Program-made: the position numbers and the translations under genes
Shown: piece after piece, positions 13,549 through 26,360 of the stretch
Numbering within the stretch: position 1 is the stretch's first letter
Layout: each line of letters opens with the position of its first letter
Assembly (NCBI GenBank): GCA_045837725.1
Contig: JBEWZL010000184.1
Span: forward strand, 434,001-498,000
Direction of reading: 5' to 3'
Origin: Vermamoeba vermiformis
Lineage: Eukaryota
Length of the DNA: 64,000 bases
The notes under the pieces: model-generated
The model's input: the letters and a program-made list of their open reading frames with translations, nothing else
The model's database searches: none
Told to the model about the DNA's origin: nothing

Positions 13549-16038
13549 CTAATTGTACAAAGCCTGATCCAAGTCCATAGGTGCTTGCCCGTTCGCGAAG
13601 GGTCTGGGAATGTTTCGAGGCATTGGTGGAGGCATGCCCATCATACGAGGTCTGAAGCCAGCGAGACCAAACGGATCGTTTGGATCGGGTAATTTGAACA
13701 TGCTTACGCATCGGCCTTGTTCCGAATACTTTCGTAACGTTGCTTCGTCATCGACTAAAAATAGAACATAACGTTAAGCACGTTGGCACTACCATAAATG
13801 GAAACCGAACTTACCTCGGTAAACGGTCTTGTTGCACTTATCGCAATGTCGTTCGCTCGGATTGTTACTTTCTGGCAAGTTCTCCCACTTCAGCGGACAC
13901 AAGAAATCAAAGTCGCAGTTTTCTAGTAAAGAAGCGAAGTTAGACGTGGATCTTCCGCGTGGAAACAAAGCTTACCAATTAGTTTAACAGGTTGGGGTTC
14001 AAATGGAGAATTGTAGTCTTCCTTAGGGTCGATGCCATATCGACGCTTGAACAAAGTGAACCACGATTTCATTTTCAAGTTTGGATTCTGACGGGTCCAT
14101 CGTTGGCAGAACAAGTAGCGCCAAATATTGTTGTGCAAGGAAAGCGCCGCGAACTTTTTAGAGACCTAAACCATACGAATATAAGCACTATATAGCGTGT
14201 TTAAAAAAAAAAAGGTTTTTACCTGACGCAAATGCAACGCTATGGTTGGCGTGGTCGCGACGTAGGACAAACACGTGACTACGAGTTCACTAGGAATAGA
14301 GTCCAGTCGATCGGTCTTATCAGCCCGATAATTAGGAATGCTGTTTGGATCGAACTTGAATGGGCCTTGGAGATTGCAAGTGAACGAAACACCCGAGGCA
14401 CGTGTGAAGCCAACTCCTGGGAACACATCCATGCCTTTGTGCACATTGTACGGGAACAAATCTATGGCATAAAAATACGTTAGTAATGCAAACATAACCT
14501 GAGTCAGTAGAACGATTTGGTGAGATCCGGATCTACAACTTACCGAGCATTTTTCCATTCTTGGTAAAGTACAATCGACGTTGATTGAAGCTGTCATAAA
14601 GCACACCGACACCGATAGTATCGCCACCTTATAGACAAGTAATTAGAGTTTAACCTTACAAGTACTGTTTTCGTCCAGGATCCGATCAAATCGGTACTTA
14701 CTTTTGAACGTGGGCAAATAGTTGTCGTGATTGTCTTGGACGTTTCTTGCAATAGATCCATCGCTGAAGTAGCCCATGCTGTTTTGTTGGTTACCGAGCA
14801 TTTGATTCTGTTTAAATATCGTGTTTCCGATGCCGACTGCGACTTTATCCGTGAACGATTCAAACGTGAACTCGCAGTACGCGTGCGGCACTGGCTCGGT
14901 CTCGATGTTGCTGAGGTCCCAAGGTTTGTTCGTGATCACACTGCCGTGCTGAGGCGTGTGCAAACCCTTCGGCAGAAACGTCCAGTCGTTGTCTTCCGTG
15001 TCAAAATAGTCTTTCCAAACACCCAGTTCGAGTCTCATTGGCTCGTTGTTAGCTTGGCTCAGCGGATTGTGGGCCGCAGCACACTTCTCGCACTCGTCGT
15101 ACGAGCAGATCGGACAATGGTACACGCCTCCATCTTTAGTTTGTTTGCAGATGTCGCAGATGAATAGGCCGTTGTAACCGCTGTCGAACCACTCTTCGCC
15201 TTGGGCTCTGTCGAAGTGAAGAAGCTCGTGGCTGTGATGCGGAGATTTGATGCGCGAAATTTCAGAAATGAGTTTGAAACCTTCTTCGCAAGTGTGGCAC
15301 AAGTTATAGTCGCAAAACTCGCAAGATCCGCCTAATATAATATTATTATTAGCATACAGCGTTGCAATTATTTATTGCAACAGAAAATAAAGAATTTTAA
15401 AGACCTTACCATAAAGATCTCCGCTCTTATGGCAGTTTGAGCATGTGAAGCGGTCTTCAAATAGTTTAATAGCTGATTTATCTTTTTTCTCGTGAAATTG
15501 CAAAAAGTATCGAGGGACATAGTAAGTTAGCGGATGTGGATGTTTCTCCTCGACAGCACGGCAAAATCGAGCATAATTAAGTGTTCTCATCCAATCTTCA
15601 GCTTCCTGAGGATATATTAATGGGTGTTTTAACGCACTAGGTAACGTACCTTTGGATCTTGGGAAGCGAACAACGGTCCAGATGAGTACTCAGTTTCGGT
15701 GAAAGTATTAAGCACAAAAACACCTGGAATATTTACAACAGTTGATTTTGTAGCTGTGACGGACGGGGTAAGCTCTATTGTTGTTGGCTCGACCTGCGAT
15801 CGAAATTTAATTTTAATTATGAAATTGAAATGACTTTATTTTGATAATAATTATTAATATATTATTCGCCATTTGTAAATAATGTACTTACGCCTTGCCC
15901 AGTTATTTCCAAAACTGCATTTGGTCTTAGTTTAATGTTACTAAGTCGCCAGGCATCCTCTACATAGCCGTACCTGTTGTTGGGATCCGTGCCTGGAATG
16001 TACGATAAATTTCCCTCTTTGGTTAATATTTTATGCAT
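13549..16038 (-). CDS. PH-like + ZZ/DC1-type zinc fingers + SPRY + F-box-like protein
   Basis: PH-like start (KEGNL) and terminal helix (EAEDWMRTL). Two Cys/His fingers (CDICK...YHCPICSYDECEKC). SPRY (VAVGIG, MGYFSDG, VSVGV, DVFPGVG). F-box-like LDSIPSELVVTCLSYV...WRYLFCQRW. Stop at 13549. Confidence 0.75.
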
Positions 16039-16228
16039 CTTATTGTTGTTCTCAGATCAGAAAAAGCGTTCGAATAAAAATCTTTTTTGTATCGGAGGCA
16101 GTTTATTCAACCTTACTGAATCAGCGAACACTGACCACCTATTTTTTATTGTGTCGGGGATTCTTATTTAATTTTGGGGCCCTGCTAAATTTAAGCAGGC
16201 TTAATTGCTAAAAGAGATCGAAGCAACA

Positions 16229-19200
16229 ATGGTAGATTTTTTCGGTTGTTACGAGCTAAGCTAATAATTGAGCAGAAAAGGCAACGTGAGGACAGTGGTG
16301 CAGAAGTACATCAATTATTTTCGAAGAAAAGGAAGATCGAGCACGAAATTAATGGAGATCGCGTACTTTTGCCTGAATTGTTAAAAGAAATATTCCAATA
16401 TTTAGAAAATGCAGAATTATGTCAAACTTCATTAGCTTGTAAATATTGGTACTCTTTAACCGAAGATCTGGTGGGTACTGTGCTGGTTGACAATTACGAC
16501 CACATTCCTTTTGGGATCGGACCTGGTTTTAGCAAGCAATTTAAAAACATAAATAAGAAGAGTACCGGTCCTATCGGTAAGTGGACAGGACAGTCCGATC
16601 TGGCCTTCTCGCGGATTAATAACGCATTAATTAAGTTGGATCCACACCTCTCGAGTGTCTGATTAACGACAATGGATTTAGTAAGCCGATATAATATGTA
16701 AATTGTTTAAATTACTCAATTGAGTAATTTTTAGTTGACTTGTCCAACCAAGGATGCGCAACATTCCTTGACGAGAATAACGAAGTAGTTGCTTTAATGG
16801 AAGCGGGACATTTAACTCGAATGCCTTGTTTTATTCAAAGTGGCGAGCTAGGTGCTAGTAGTTTCAAGTTTGATCCACATTCGGTCTGGAAACTCCAAAT
16901 TTATGCTAAAAAGGGAGGAAATTCTGCATGTTCCTTCAAAGAAATTCAATTTAAGTTGTATTGTGACGTTAGAACGTAAGTTTCATAGTTTTGTAGCGGA
17001 TCCAATTTTAACGTTAATGGTTTTAGATTAGAAACAAAGGTTATTAATGGCGAGAATTGCAATGAAGCATTCGTAATACGAACTGGAATTGCTAAAGAGG
17101 CAAAAAAGTTCGTGGAACAAGAATATGAACGACTATTCGAGCTTAAAAAACCTGTTTATCCATTCGTAAGTTCAAAACCATTATTTATTTCCATAAAAGG
17201 AAATATTTCATTAATATTCTTCCAAGATTCCGCCCAAAATAAGCGCGCCTAAAGGACTCAAAGAAGGATTTAAATTTCATCGGTATCAATTGGAAGCGAT
17301 CAGCTGGATGCGATCCATAGAAAATAATATTGACAAAGGTAACCAATGTGTCTTATTTTAGTAATAATAATTAATATGTCTTATATAGAGTTTAAATATT
17401 GCGATTTATTGCCTTGGCGTCGATCACGATCGAAAAAATTTCTTGTGGATCTGCACAACACAAAATTTGTTCCGAGTTCAAAGATCCACGAGTACATCGG
17501 TGCACTGAAATCTAAAGGCGGAATATTAGCCGATGCTGTAGGACTCGGAAAAACTCTTGAAAGTACGTACAAAAGAATTTGCTTCAAATATTTCATTAAG
17601 GTCGTACAACAATTGGACAAGAATTACTACTATTGTCCAATTATGAGACAGATATTATTATAATAATTGTATTCTATATGATATTTATCGCGATTTTTCT
17701 CATTTTTTCTACAGTGGTCGGGCTGGTGCTGGATGGACTTACAAGATCCGATGAAAAACTCCCAGAATTTGACGATGACGGATTAATTAACACTAAAGCA
17801 ACATTAGTCATATGTCCTAATCATTTAACGATGCAATGGTACGATGAGATCTCGAAATTTACGGATCTGAAAGTAACGAAATTGACAACTGCTGAGGAAC
17901 TTCGTACCGTTACTTACGGCGATATAATGAACTCAGGTAATGCTAGTATGATATAAATAATTAGTATTTTAACAATTTATAATCAATTAGCTATTGTTCT
18001 GATCCCGTTCCAAACCTTCAAAAACAAAAACTATTTTTTGCTCGGATGTGGCAAGAATAATATCAGCGTAGGACTCGGTGGACTTAACAAGCGGAGTATA
18101 GTTATATCAAAAACACTAGAGGTATAAATTATATGTTTGATAACAACTGCTTGCTCGTACTAACGGTAAAACTTGGCTAGAAAATCAAAAATACGGATTG
18201 GCGTGGAGTAGCAGGGCCCGTATTAGATCACTTCAAATGGCATCGTATAATAGTCGATGAAGCACATGAAGTCTTCAACGATCAATTTGCTCGCCGTACG
18301 TACCGGATCATTTTTTCCAAACCCTAACCCTAATTTTTTCGCAGAATACATTTACGATTTGAAAAAACAATATGCTTGGTACGTTAGTGCCACGCCGTTT
18401 CCGAACGAGTAAGTTATATTAATAAGTTACAATAGGACGAATTAGTAATTGTTTGTTTGCAGGTCACTTTTCGGCTATGCCAAGAAATTCCTCGAAATAT
18501 GCGAGGTCGATTATGAGTCTGAAGACACAATAGGCGACAAATACGAAGAGTATATACATATACAATATTATATAGTGCATTAATAGTGTCAATTAGGTTC
18601 GTCGAAAATGACCTTATCGCGAGTAATTTATTGTGGCGCAATGTGAAAGAAGCGCAAGACGAATTTACCGTGCCTGATTACGACGAAGAAATTGTTTTGA
18701 CCGAATTTTCACCGATTGAAGCAGTGTTGCACAAATGTAAGTCCGTTCATGAAAAATTGTTTCACTGAAATTTTATTACAGACGGCAACCGGGCTCAAAA
18801 CTTGCAACTTTGCTGTGGCTTATTGAAACCTTCTTCGGAGACATTTGACACGTATAAAAAGACGGTGATAACTTCTATTGAAGTAAGAATTGTAACAGTG
18901 ACCGTTCGAATATTGACCTTATTTTTGATTCTAGGAAGACATTGAGAGAAAGAAAAGATGGTGCAACGGCATCGAAAGATATAAGTTGGTCAGGCAATTA
19001 CAACAAAAGTTGGACGACATAACGAAAATCGTAAGATTAATGAATACAATTGTACTTACGAACTAACTTTTTTAGCCCGATATTATGCAAGAAGGAGCTA
19101 CGGGAGCTGAGTTCGAGCGATTGCAGTTGATTAACAACTACGGCAGTAAATTGACCAAGTTGATTGGCTGGCTGAAAGATTCGATCAAAGAAAATTCAGA

Positions 19201-19867
19201 GAATCGATTCATCTTGTTTTCAAAGGTAATAGTGTAACTGCTATCGTTATGATGAAATTAACCAATCATATTGTTAGTTTCCAGACTACTTGCACAAAGT
19301 TGCCAAACGATTGTTGGTATCTGACATTCCATGCGTTTTGATGGCCGGGTCAGTATTACATTGCGTTGTTATTGATAAAACTTAGTGGATTAAATTCTTT
19401 TCTTTTTCACAGAACGGGCGTGCAAAAGAACGAAAAGCTTAAAAAGTTCAAGGAAGAAGAAATCAAAGTTATTTTGATGAGCCTTGAAAAATCAGCTTCG
19501 GGCTTGAACTTGATCGAAGCCAATCACGTGGTGTTGCTGGATCCGATGGACGGAACAGTCGAAGAAGCACGTGCCACTGAAGTACAAGCTCTTGGTCGTG
19601 CTCATCGCCAAGGACAAGACCAGAAAGTGACACTCGTGCGATTTATCATTCAAGATAGCGTTGAAGAGGAGCTTTATTTGCGCAACAAATCTACGGCACG
19701 GGGTAAGTCCGAACAAATATTTCCATAAAAGGAAATAATATTTAATTCTATTTTTCACAGAAACGAGTTCTAATAATAACAATAACACGAATGTGCAGCG
19801 ATCAGGCAGCAGATTATTGGCAAAATCTTCAAGCCAATCATCACTTCAAAAAATATTTGCTAATTAA
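16229..19867 (+). CDS. F-box + SNF2-family (Rad5/16-like) helicase/ATPase
   Basis: ATG-only first exon. F-box LLPELLKEIFQYL...SLACKYW. SNF2 motifs GGILADAVGLGKT, TLVICPNHL, WHRIIVDEAH, WYVSATP, SASGLNLIEANHV, QALGRAHRQGQ. Confidence 0.85.
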
Positions 19868-19904
19868 CTTATTTATAATAGACAATGGTATAAAATCGCT
19901 GTAA

Positions 19905-22900
19905 TTATAGATTAGTATCAGCTGCTGCGGTTCTATCGTCCAACAACAAATTTTCTTGCAATTGTTCGTTGTTGACGACAGGACGATACTTCTTTCTGCC
20001 AATGATCCATCCCTTCTCGTTTCTCAAGTACTTGAAAATTACGAACAATATAACACAGCCAACCAAAACAACGAAAATAATGATCACCACGACCATCGCT
20101 GTGAAAATGTCGGTAAGACTAAAAAAGGAAATTTTCACTGAAGCCTACCTGGTACGTTCATGCCTTCAGCGGGGGTGTCTGTGTGAGAAACTGGGCTGTC
20201 TGTTGGTGTCAAAGTGACAGGTGTCAAAACGATAGGAGGCAAGTCACCAATGGGCGGTGTTACAATAGGCTGTTCTTTCTGCAAAAATTAAGTTAATTTT
20301 GCATTTGCCAAATATAGTAATAACTTACGGTGGACCAGAACTCCATGGCTTTCGAGTACAAAGTATTGAAGGCAGCCAGTCCCGCCTCAGTGCTAATGTT
20401 AGAGAAGCGGAGTGGGTCCCAAGTCATGATGTGATAGTCAGCTGTGAACGGCGCTGTTTGGAACTCCATCGGCAGTTTGCTTGCGTCCGCACTGGGCCAG
20501 ATCGCGTTGAATGTGAAACTCGCCTCTGTCATAACAACATTTCAATGTGATTCGCTAAAACTATAACTGAGTAACGTACCAGCAGTGGTCGTGAATGGCA
20601 ATGTAACATTTGACGCTTTCGTAATTTGATCCCACGTGAATGTTGCACCGCCAATTGATTGAGCTGTCGCGACCTGGAGCGAAGTTCAGTTAGTTTGTTA
20701 CGATACCGTTGCGCTAATTGTACCTTCGGAGCATCAGGCAAAATACTGCCGCCGTAAGTAACAATAGTAACGTGACTATGCTCCTTCATTTTCGCGACAA
20801 AGGCTGCGGCAGCGCCGCCGACAGAACCGTCAGAGATGATTGTAATATTTGCCGGCCAGTAACTAGACTCGGGCAAGATGTTGGCAATCCATTTCTTGCA
20901 ATTGTGAGGGTAGTAGCTATAGCCAACATGTTTGTTAGTCGTTCAGTGAAAAAATACTCACGTGAATTTTGTGAAGTCAGATCTCTTATTTTTGGCACCA
21001 AGCTCAACGCTGATAGTGCCTGAATTGTAATAAGTATCGATGAATTCTTCATTGCCTGTCTCCGTGTTGATGAAACCACCGGTGAGTGAGTAAGGAAGTC
21101 CATTCTGAGGAACATATTAGAGGAATGAAATGAAGGCCTAGGCAAAGCTTACATTGTACAAAGCGAGATTTAATGCAGTCTTTCTGGACGCATAAGGACT
21201 CCATAATACTTCAGGGCGATCAACGTCAACTACGAATCAGTTAGTCTCGTGCAAAAAACTGTCATTGTGGTAAGTTGTTGAGGTACCTGAAGCGATGTCT
21301 TGGACCAATAGTGCAGCCAACAAATTAGCCTCGCAAAGGGATCCGCCTTTGTTACCCGACAAGTCCAACACGATGTAGGACCAGTTGAATCGTTGCATCA
21401 TATTCAACAGTGCTGTCACGTTGCCAACCCAGTACTTCTCGAGGTCACTTCGTGGGCTGAAACTTTGAACTTTCAACACAGGAACCGCATTGAACACTTT
21501 AAATATGATATAGTATTAATAATTATAAGGTTATATTCAATGAGTTTATGCTGGTAAGTCTTACGTGGATCCAGATGTACGAAACCGAGCAATGAATTGT
21601 CCTCAAGACCAAAAAGCATGTCCAAGCTAGTGTTCTTAGTTGATCGTTTGCGTCTATTTTTGTTCAATATCGCGTTAATTTTCTCTTCCATGCTCATCAT
21701 CCAATTATTGGCCAAGGTCAGATCTCGCTCAACTTTGTCACCACCGATAGCTCCGCTCATAGTCTCAACACGACTATCATCTAATAGCATATCGTTATCG
21801 TTCTTATTTTCATATGAAGATCGTTTTTGGGCAGGTGAAGCTACGATCTGTTGAACAAATTCTTGCGTGCTGTTCCAAGTTAACGAACAATAAGCACGAT
21901 ATGATACTGTCAATTCCATCGATTGCTGTCCTTTTTTGATAGACAGTGTCTCCGCTGGCAAGTTGTTAAGTTTGTACGAAGACCAGCCACTGATAACGTT
22001 CCAGCCAGCAGTCTTGAACAGCGCGTTTACACTGACCATTGGATCTTTGTATGTATTTGCTTTTTCGGCGTATTTCTAGGAATAAGTATAAGAATATTAA
22101 TATTTGCATGAAATAAGCATGTTCATCAATCAACAAAAAGGGTGCACTCCTCAAAAATGGATTCGGATCTCAACTTACCGTCAAGTAAGTCATAACTTCT
22201 TCACCATTAATATGGGTCACTTCCCAATCATAATATTCGGCGGGATTATATGTCCAATTAAAGTTATATCCCGTTACAAAGGCTAGGTACCGAAACATCG
22301 TTAGTCCATGTAAACGAAGTTGGATGCGACGTACTATTTTCAGCCAAGTAAATTCTAGGTGAGCCTTGACCAGTAGAATTTCTAGGGTATAAAGCGAAGG
22401 GCTTGACGGCATAGCATAGCTGGTAGGGATGTGGAGGGAAATAACGAGTGTTTGGATCGTACAAAGAGTTGAATAAATTGATGAGGTCTAATAATTATAA
22501 TTAATATTACATCGTTGTATTAATTTTACTAATTTGAATACGAGCTGAAGTTGAAGGAAAGAAGGAATTTTTTTTTTTCGAATCTGGTCTTACCTTGTTG
22601 GAATTCATAGTCTCGCAAGTAAGCCTTTTTACCCAAGTTGGTTAAAGCGGTATGTAAATCCACCTTTGAAGAAAAATAATAATTATAAATAATTTCTCAT
22701 GATCCGGTACAAATTATTTCTGATCTTACGTTAATGTTCCAAGGAGCAATATTCGCAGTATTATGGTCCGTAAATACATATAACTCTGCCAATTGATGCA
22801 GCGAAGCTAAGGTAGAATTGATCCAAGCCTGATTGGCAGGGATCGAGTTGTAACACGCTACAACACTATAATCGCAATAATTTAATATCAAATAATGATT

Positions 22901-23048
22901 AATGATATTTATAATCAACTTACTCTTCAATAGCGTAGATCTTGCCAGCGTCTATCGAGGTCAAAGCACAGAGATCTTGACCGACCGTTGGGCTTGGAAC
23001 TAACAGCAGTGCAAGCACTACTATTAATAGCGAGTTGTGGGTTTGCAT
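19905..23048 (-). CDS. Peptidase S41 (fungal/CPAF-like) family membrane protein, probably inactive
   Basis: Signal peptide MQTHNSLLIVVLALLL. CYNSIP, DYEFQQDL, IVLDLSGNKGGS and NITIISDG...IVTYGG are typical of this S41 subgroup. C-terminal TM and short tail. Confidence 0.75.
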
Positions 23049-23230
23049 CTGATAGAAAATATTAAAAAGGCCTTGGCAATAAACAGAGAGCCGAAAAAGG
23101 AAATCTGCGGCACAAATGTATGAACTCATCCGCGCCACCATTGCAGCCTTCCGTGCCACGCAACTTCAAGCCAAACAAGGTCTGGTTCTTCACGAACAAT
23201 AACGATCATGGACGGCACCAACTGAAGTTA

Positions 23231-23316
23231 AATAGCAGCAGATTTATTACATAATAAAGAAATAAATAAGTAACTTCTTAACTATTTCTTTATTATGTAA
23301 TAAATCTGCTGCTATT
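23231..23316. repeat. Perfect 34-bp inverted repeat with 18-nt spacer
   Basis: AATAGCAGCAGATTTATTACATAATAAAGAAATA (23231-23264) is the exact reverse complement of 23283-23316. Confidence 0.95.
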
Positions 23317-23632
23317 AAAAAAGCGCTATTTTATGTCATGACCAATTAATTACGAGCAAGTTTAAATTAATTATTTAAATTATGGCCGGCTTGTTCATGA
23401 ATAATAGTATTACTAACCGAGCTTGGATGTCACAACTTTGACTGCGGCCGATTAAGTTTAGGATGCGTAATATTGGCGTAATTAATAAGTTACCATTAAA
23501 TAGGGAGGTGTGTTGATCACCATGATTTTGGCGGCAAAATCAATTTTTTGACACGACGTCTTTTCAATTTAAAAATCCTTTCTTTTACTTTAAAATAAAA
23601 ATACACTTGGTTTTAAGTATACAGTACACGTA

Positions 23633-26360
23633 TTATACCTTGTCGCTGGTAACACTAGCTTGATTTTGACTGTTAATCGAGTTTCCAGAGTTACCACTTT
23701 TGCTCGCTTTAGCGGATGTCTTGTGCGAGTCAGAAGTGCCCCTAATCTTTCTCTCATTAGCCTTAAGCTCGGCTAATCTCTCACGCAACGATTGTTCTCG
23801 TCGTGCGAGCAACTCGAGCTGATCTTCGACTTCTTCATAAGTTTCAGGCAGATTCGTGGAGCCCTGAGGAGTGCTACTCGCGCCCCATGAGGAACTGTTC
23901 TTTCTTCGTGTAGGGTCGTTGGATCCGGTCGCGACGTAGTAGATCTTCGGAATTAATAAGATGGCCAATGTAGCAGTAACGCCCCAAAGAATAGCAATGG
24001 AGCGGATGAGGAAGTCGATGTATCTATCGCCGATTTGAATAGCAAATAATACGAGCAAAATTAATGTTGCAAATGTAATATTATACATTGCAATCAAAAT
24101 GAATTTTGACTCGTTGTACTCGCTGCGGATCTTGCGGGACCAGAAACCAAGAACAACGCCACCAATGATAAGAGCAGCCTTGTATATGATGAGAACAACA
24201 GCAAAAGGCATCGTATTGCTGCTAACACAAGTTCTGTAGTTGTTGATCGGCCTGAATTCATCGACGACAATAGTTTCTACGTGGGGCGTAAAAGCAGCAG
24301 ACCAGACGACCAAAATGATGATCTCAATAGCCAAGGCAACAGCCATAATACGAAGCAAGTAGTAGTTGGTGAGCTTGATCATTTTCAGACTATGTTCATG
24401 GAAGATGCGCCAAACTCGCCAAGTCTTCGTGAGCAGAGCGCTGAACATGAGCACAAATCCAACGCCAGAGAGCCAATATCGCAAGTTGCACATAGTCGTA
24501 GTCGTTTCCAAGACCCAAAAGAAAAGTGAAGCGTAGATCATGATCGCACCAACGATGATTAATTCGACGAAAAGCAGCGATGAAGCGATGATTTGAGGTC
24601 TGTCGCGCCACACAGCGAAGAGGATCATGAGCACAATGCAGCATAAAATACCAACGCCAGCGACCACAACAATGCCGAGTTCAGCTTGAGATCCGTACCA
24701 AGAAACAACTTCTTGGCGCTCTTCAAATGTCGGCATCGGGTAGATCATGTCGTTAGCAGCGGCGGCAATAGGCAATATAATCATATCTTGCGTATCTTTG
24801 TTGACTTGGAGCGTTGCACCAGTTCCGGTTTCCACGATCTGACCAAAAGTGTTGAACTGCAGCTGGCCGTAGAACGTAATAGTGTTGAGGGTGTTCATCA
24901 TAGCGCGCATATCTTCGGTATCAAGCGAGTTGGAGAATTCAGCGGCACCTTGAACGGCTAATCCGCAAGCGAACTGAAAAGCAGCATGATAACCTACATA
25001 ACGTTAGTTAATTTGATACCGTACCATGTCGTATTACTTACTTGGGGTGTAATTGAATCGTTGGATAAACGTCTCGTAGAAAATCTCCGGGCTTTCCTTA
25101 TCAGCCTAATTAGGACAAAACGTAACGTTAGATTGTAATAAGATCGGGTAATTAAAATTTGTGTACGGATCTATTTTAAGCGCTGGGAATTCGATCTCGG
25201 AGGCAAAGAGATATACTTACGGTTGATGGGAAGAAATGCAAGGAACTTTTTCCGTCTTCTCTAAAAACACGGCCGCTCAATCGGTGATCCCAAAGTGCGG
25301 TTCCAGAGACGTAGCGTCCAGCGTCTCCAGCGATTTGAAGGAAGGTGTTATCGCTGAGACATTCGGCAAGGAGCATTGCAGGAGCAGTGTAGTTCGTTTC
25401 TTGCATCGCTTTAATGAAGTTGGTGCACTGGAAGATCGAGCCGACGACCAAATCCGGATTAGCTTGTTTCAGTTGTGCTATAACCTTCTTCATATTATCT
25501 GCGGTTACAGTGGCATTGCTAGAATAAGGAACAGGGATATCAGCAACAACTTCTAATTTGTTGTCTTGAGCGCCCGCGATCGCGCCATTGTACGCAGCCT
25601 TGAAGTAGAGATCGTTTAAGCCAGTCATCGTGAATATGCCAATAGTCTTAGCGCCTTTGACACGAGCGAGTGCAATGCCAGGCGGGTACAAGGATTCAGT
25701 ACTTGCTTGAACTCCGACCAAGTACTCAAATCTGCGACCAGATGGGGAAGTACAAGGCTCCAACAGGTCGGAATCACATTCAAAAATCTTTGGAGAGGAT
25801 CCGCCTAATGAAACGGGCATATGCCATTATTAGATAAATCCACACGTGCCACATATTAATTAAACTTAGAGAAATTTGAGCTAAATATCGGTCATCTTTA
25901 CGCATTATTAGGGCAAGCTTTCTATTTCTCTTTTTGATCTGGTATTATTTATCGATATTAATGGTAACTTACCTGAACCACAGCTAAGTAGTTTATATTT
26001 TTCTGCTTGAATCATGTAGGCTTGAGTTAAACCAGATGAAAAAGGAGCAAACATCGCATTCACGACGCCATAAGTACCATTTACGGTTGCTTGAATGGTG
26101 TCGGAGATCTTGATTTCCATTTCAGCTTCGGTGGGAGCGCCAACATCGACCGAAATTACTTCAACCGGATGTCGCGTTCCATTAACCAAGATTCCACCTC
26201 TAGCATTGACCATTTCGCTCCATAATATTTCTCCATCACGCAGTACTTTTACTACTGCCCAAGGGGACGAGATCGGGGCTACTGAAACTACACGGAAGAC
26301 TCCGATCACAGAAAAAACCTGGGAGAATAGCAGCAATACTACGGCTATTTTCCTCATCAT
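23633..26360 (-). CDS. Class C (GABA-B/Grl-like) GPCR with periplasmic-binding-protein ectodomain
   Basis: Signal peptide MMRKIAVVLLLFSQ. 7TM domain with IASSLLF, CNLRYW, LLTKTWRVWRIF and SEYNESKFI..AMYN. C-terminal coiled coil. Ectodomain VNARGGILVNG. Confidence 0.9.
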
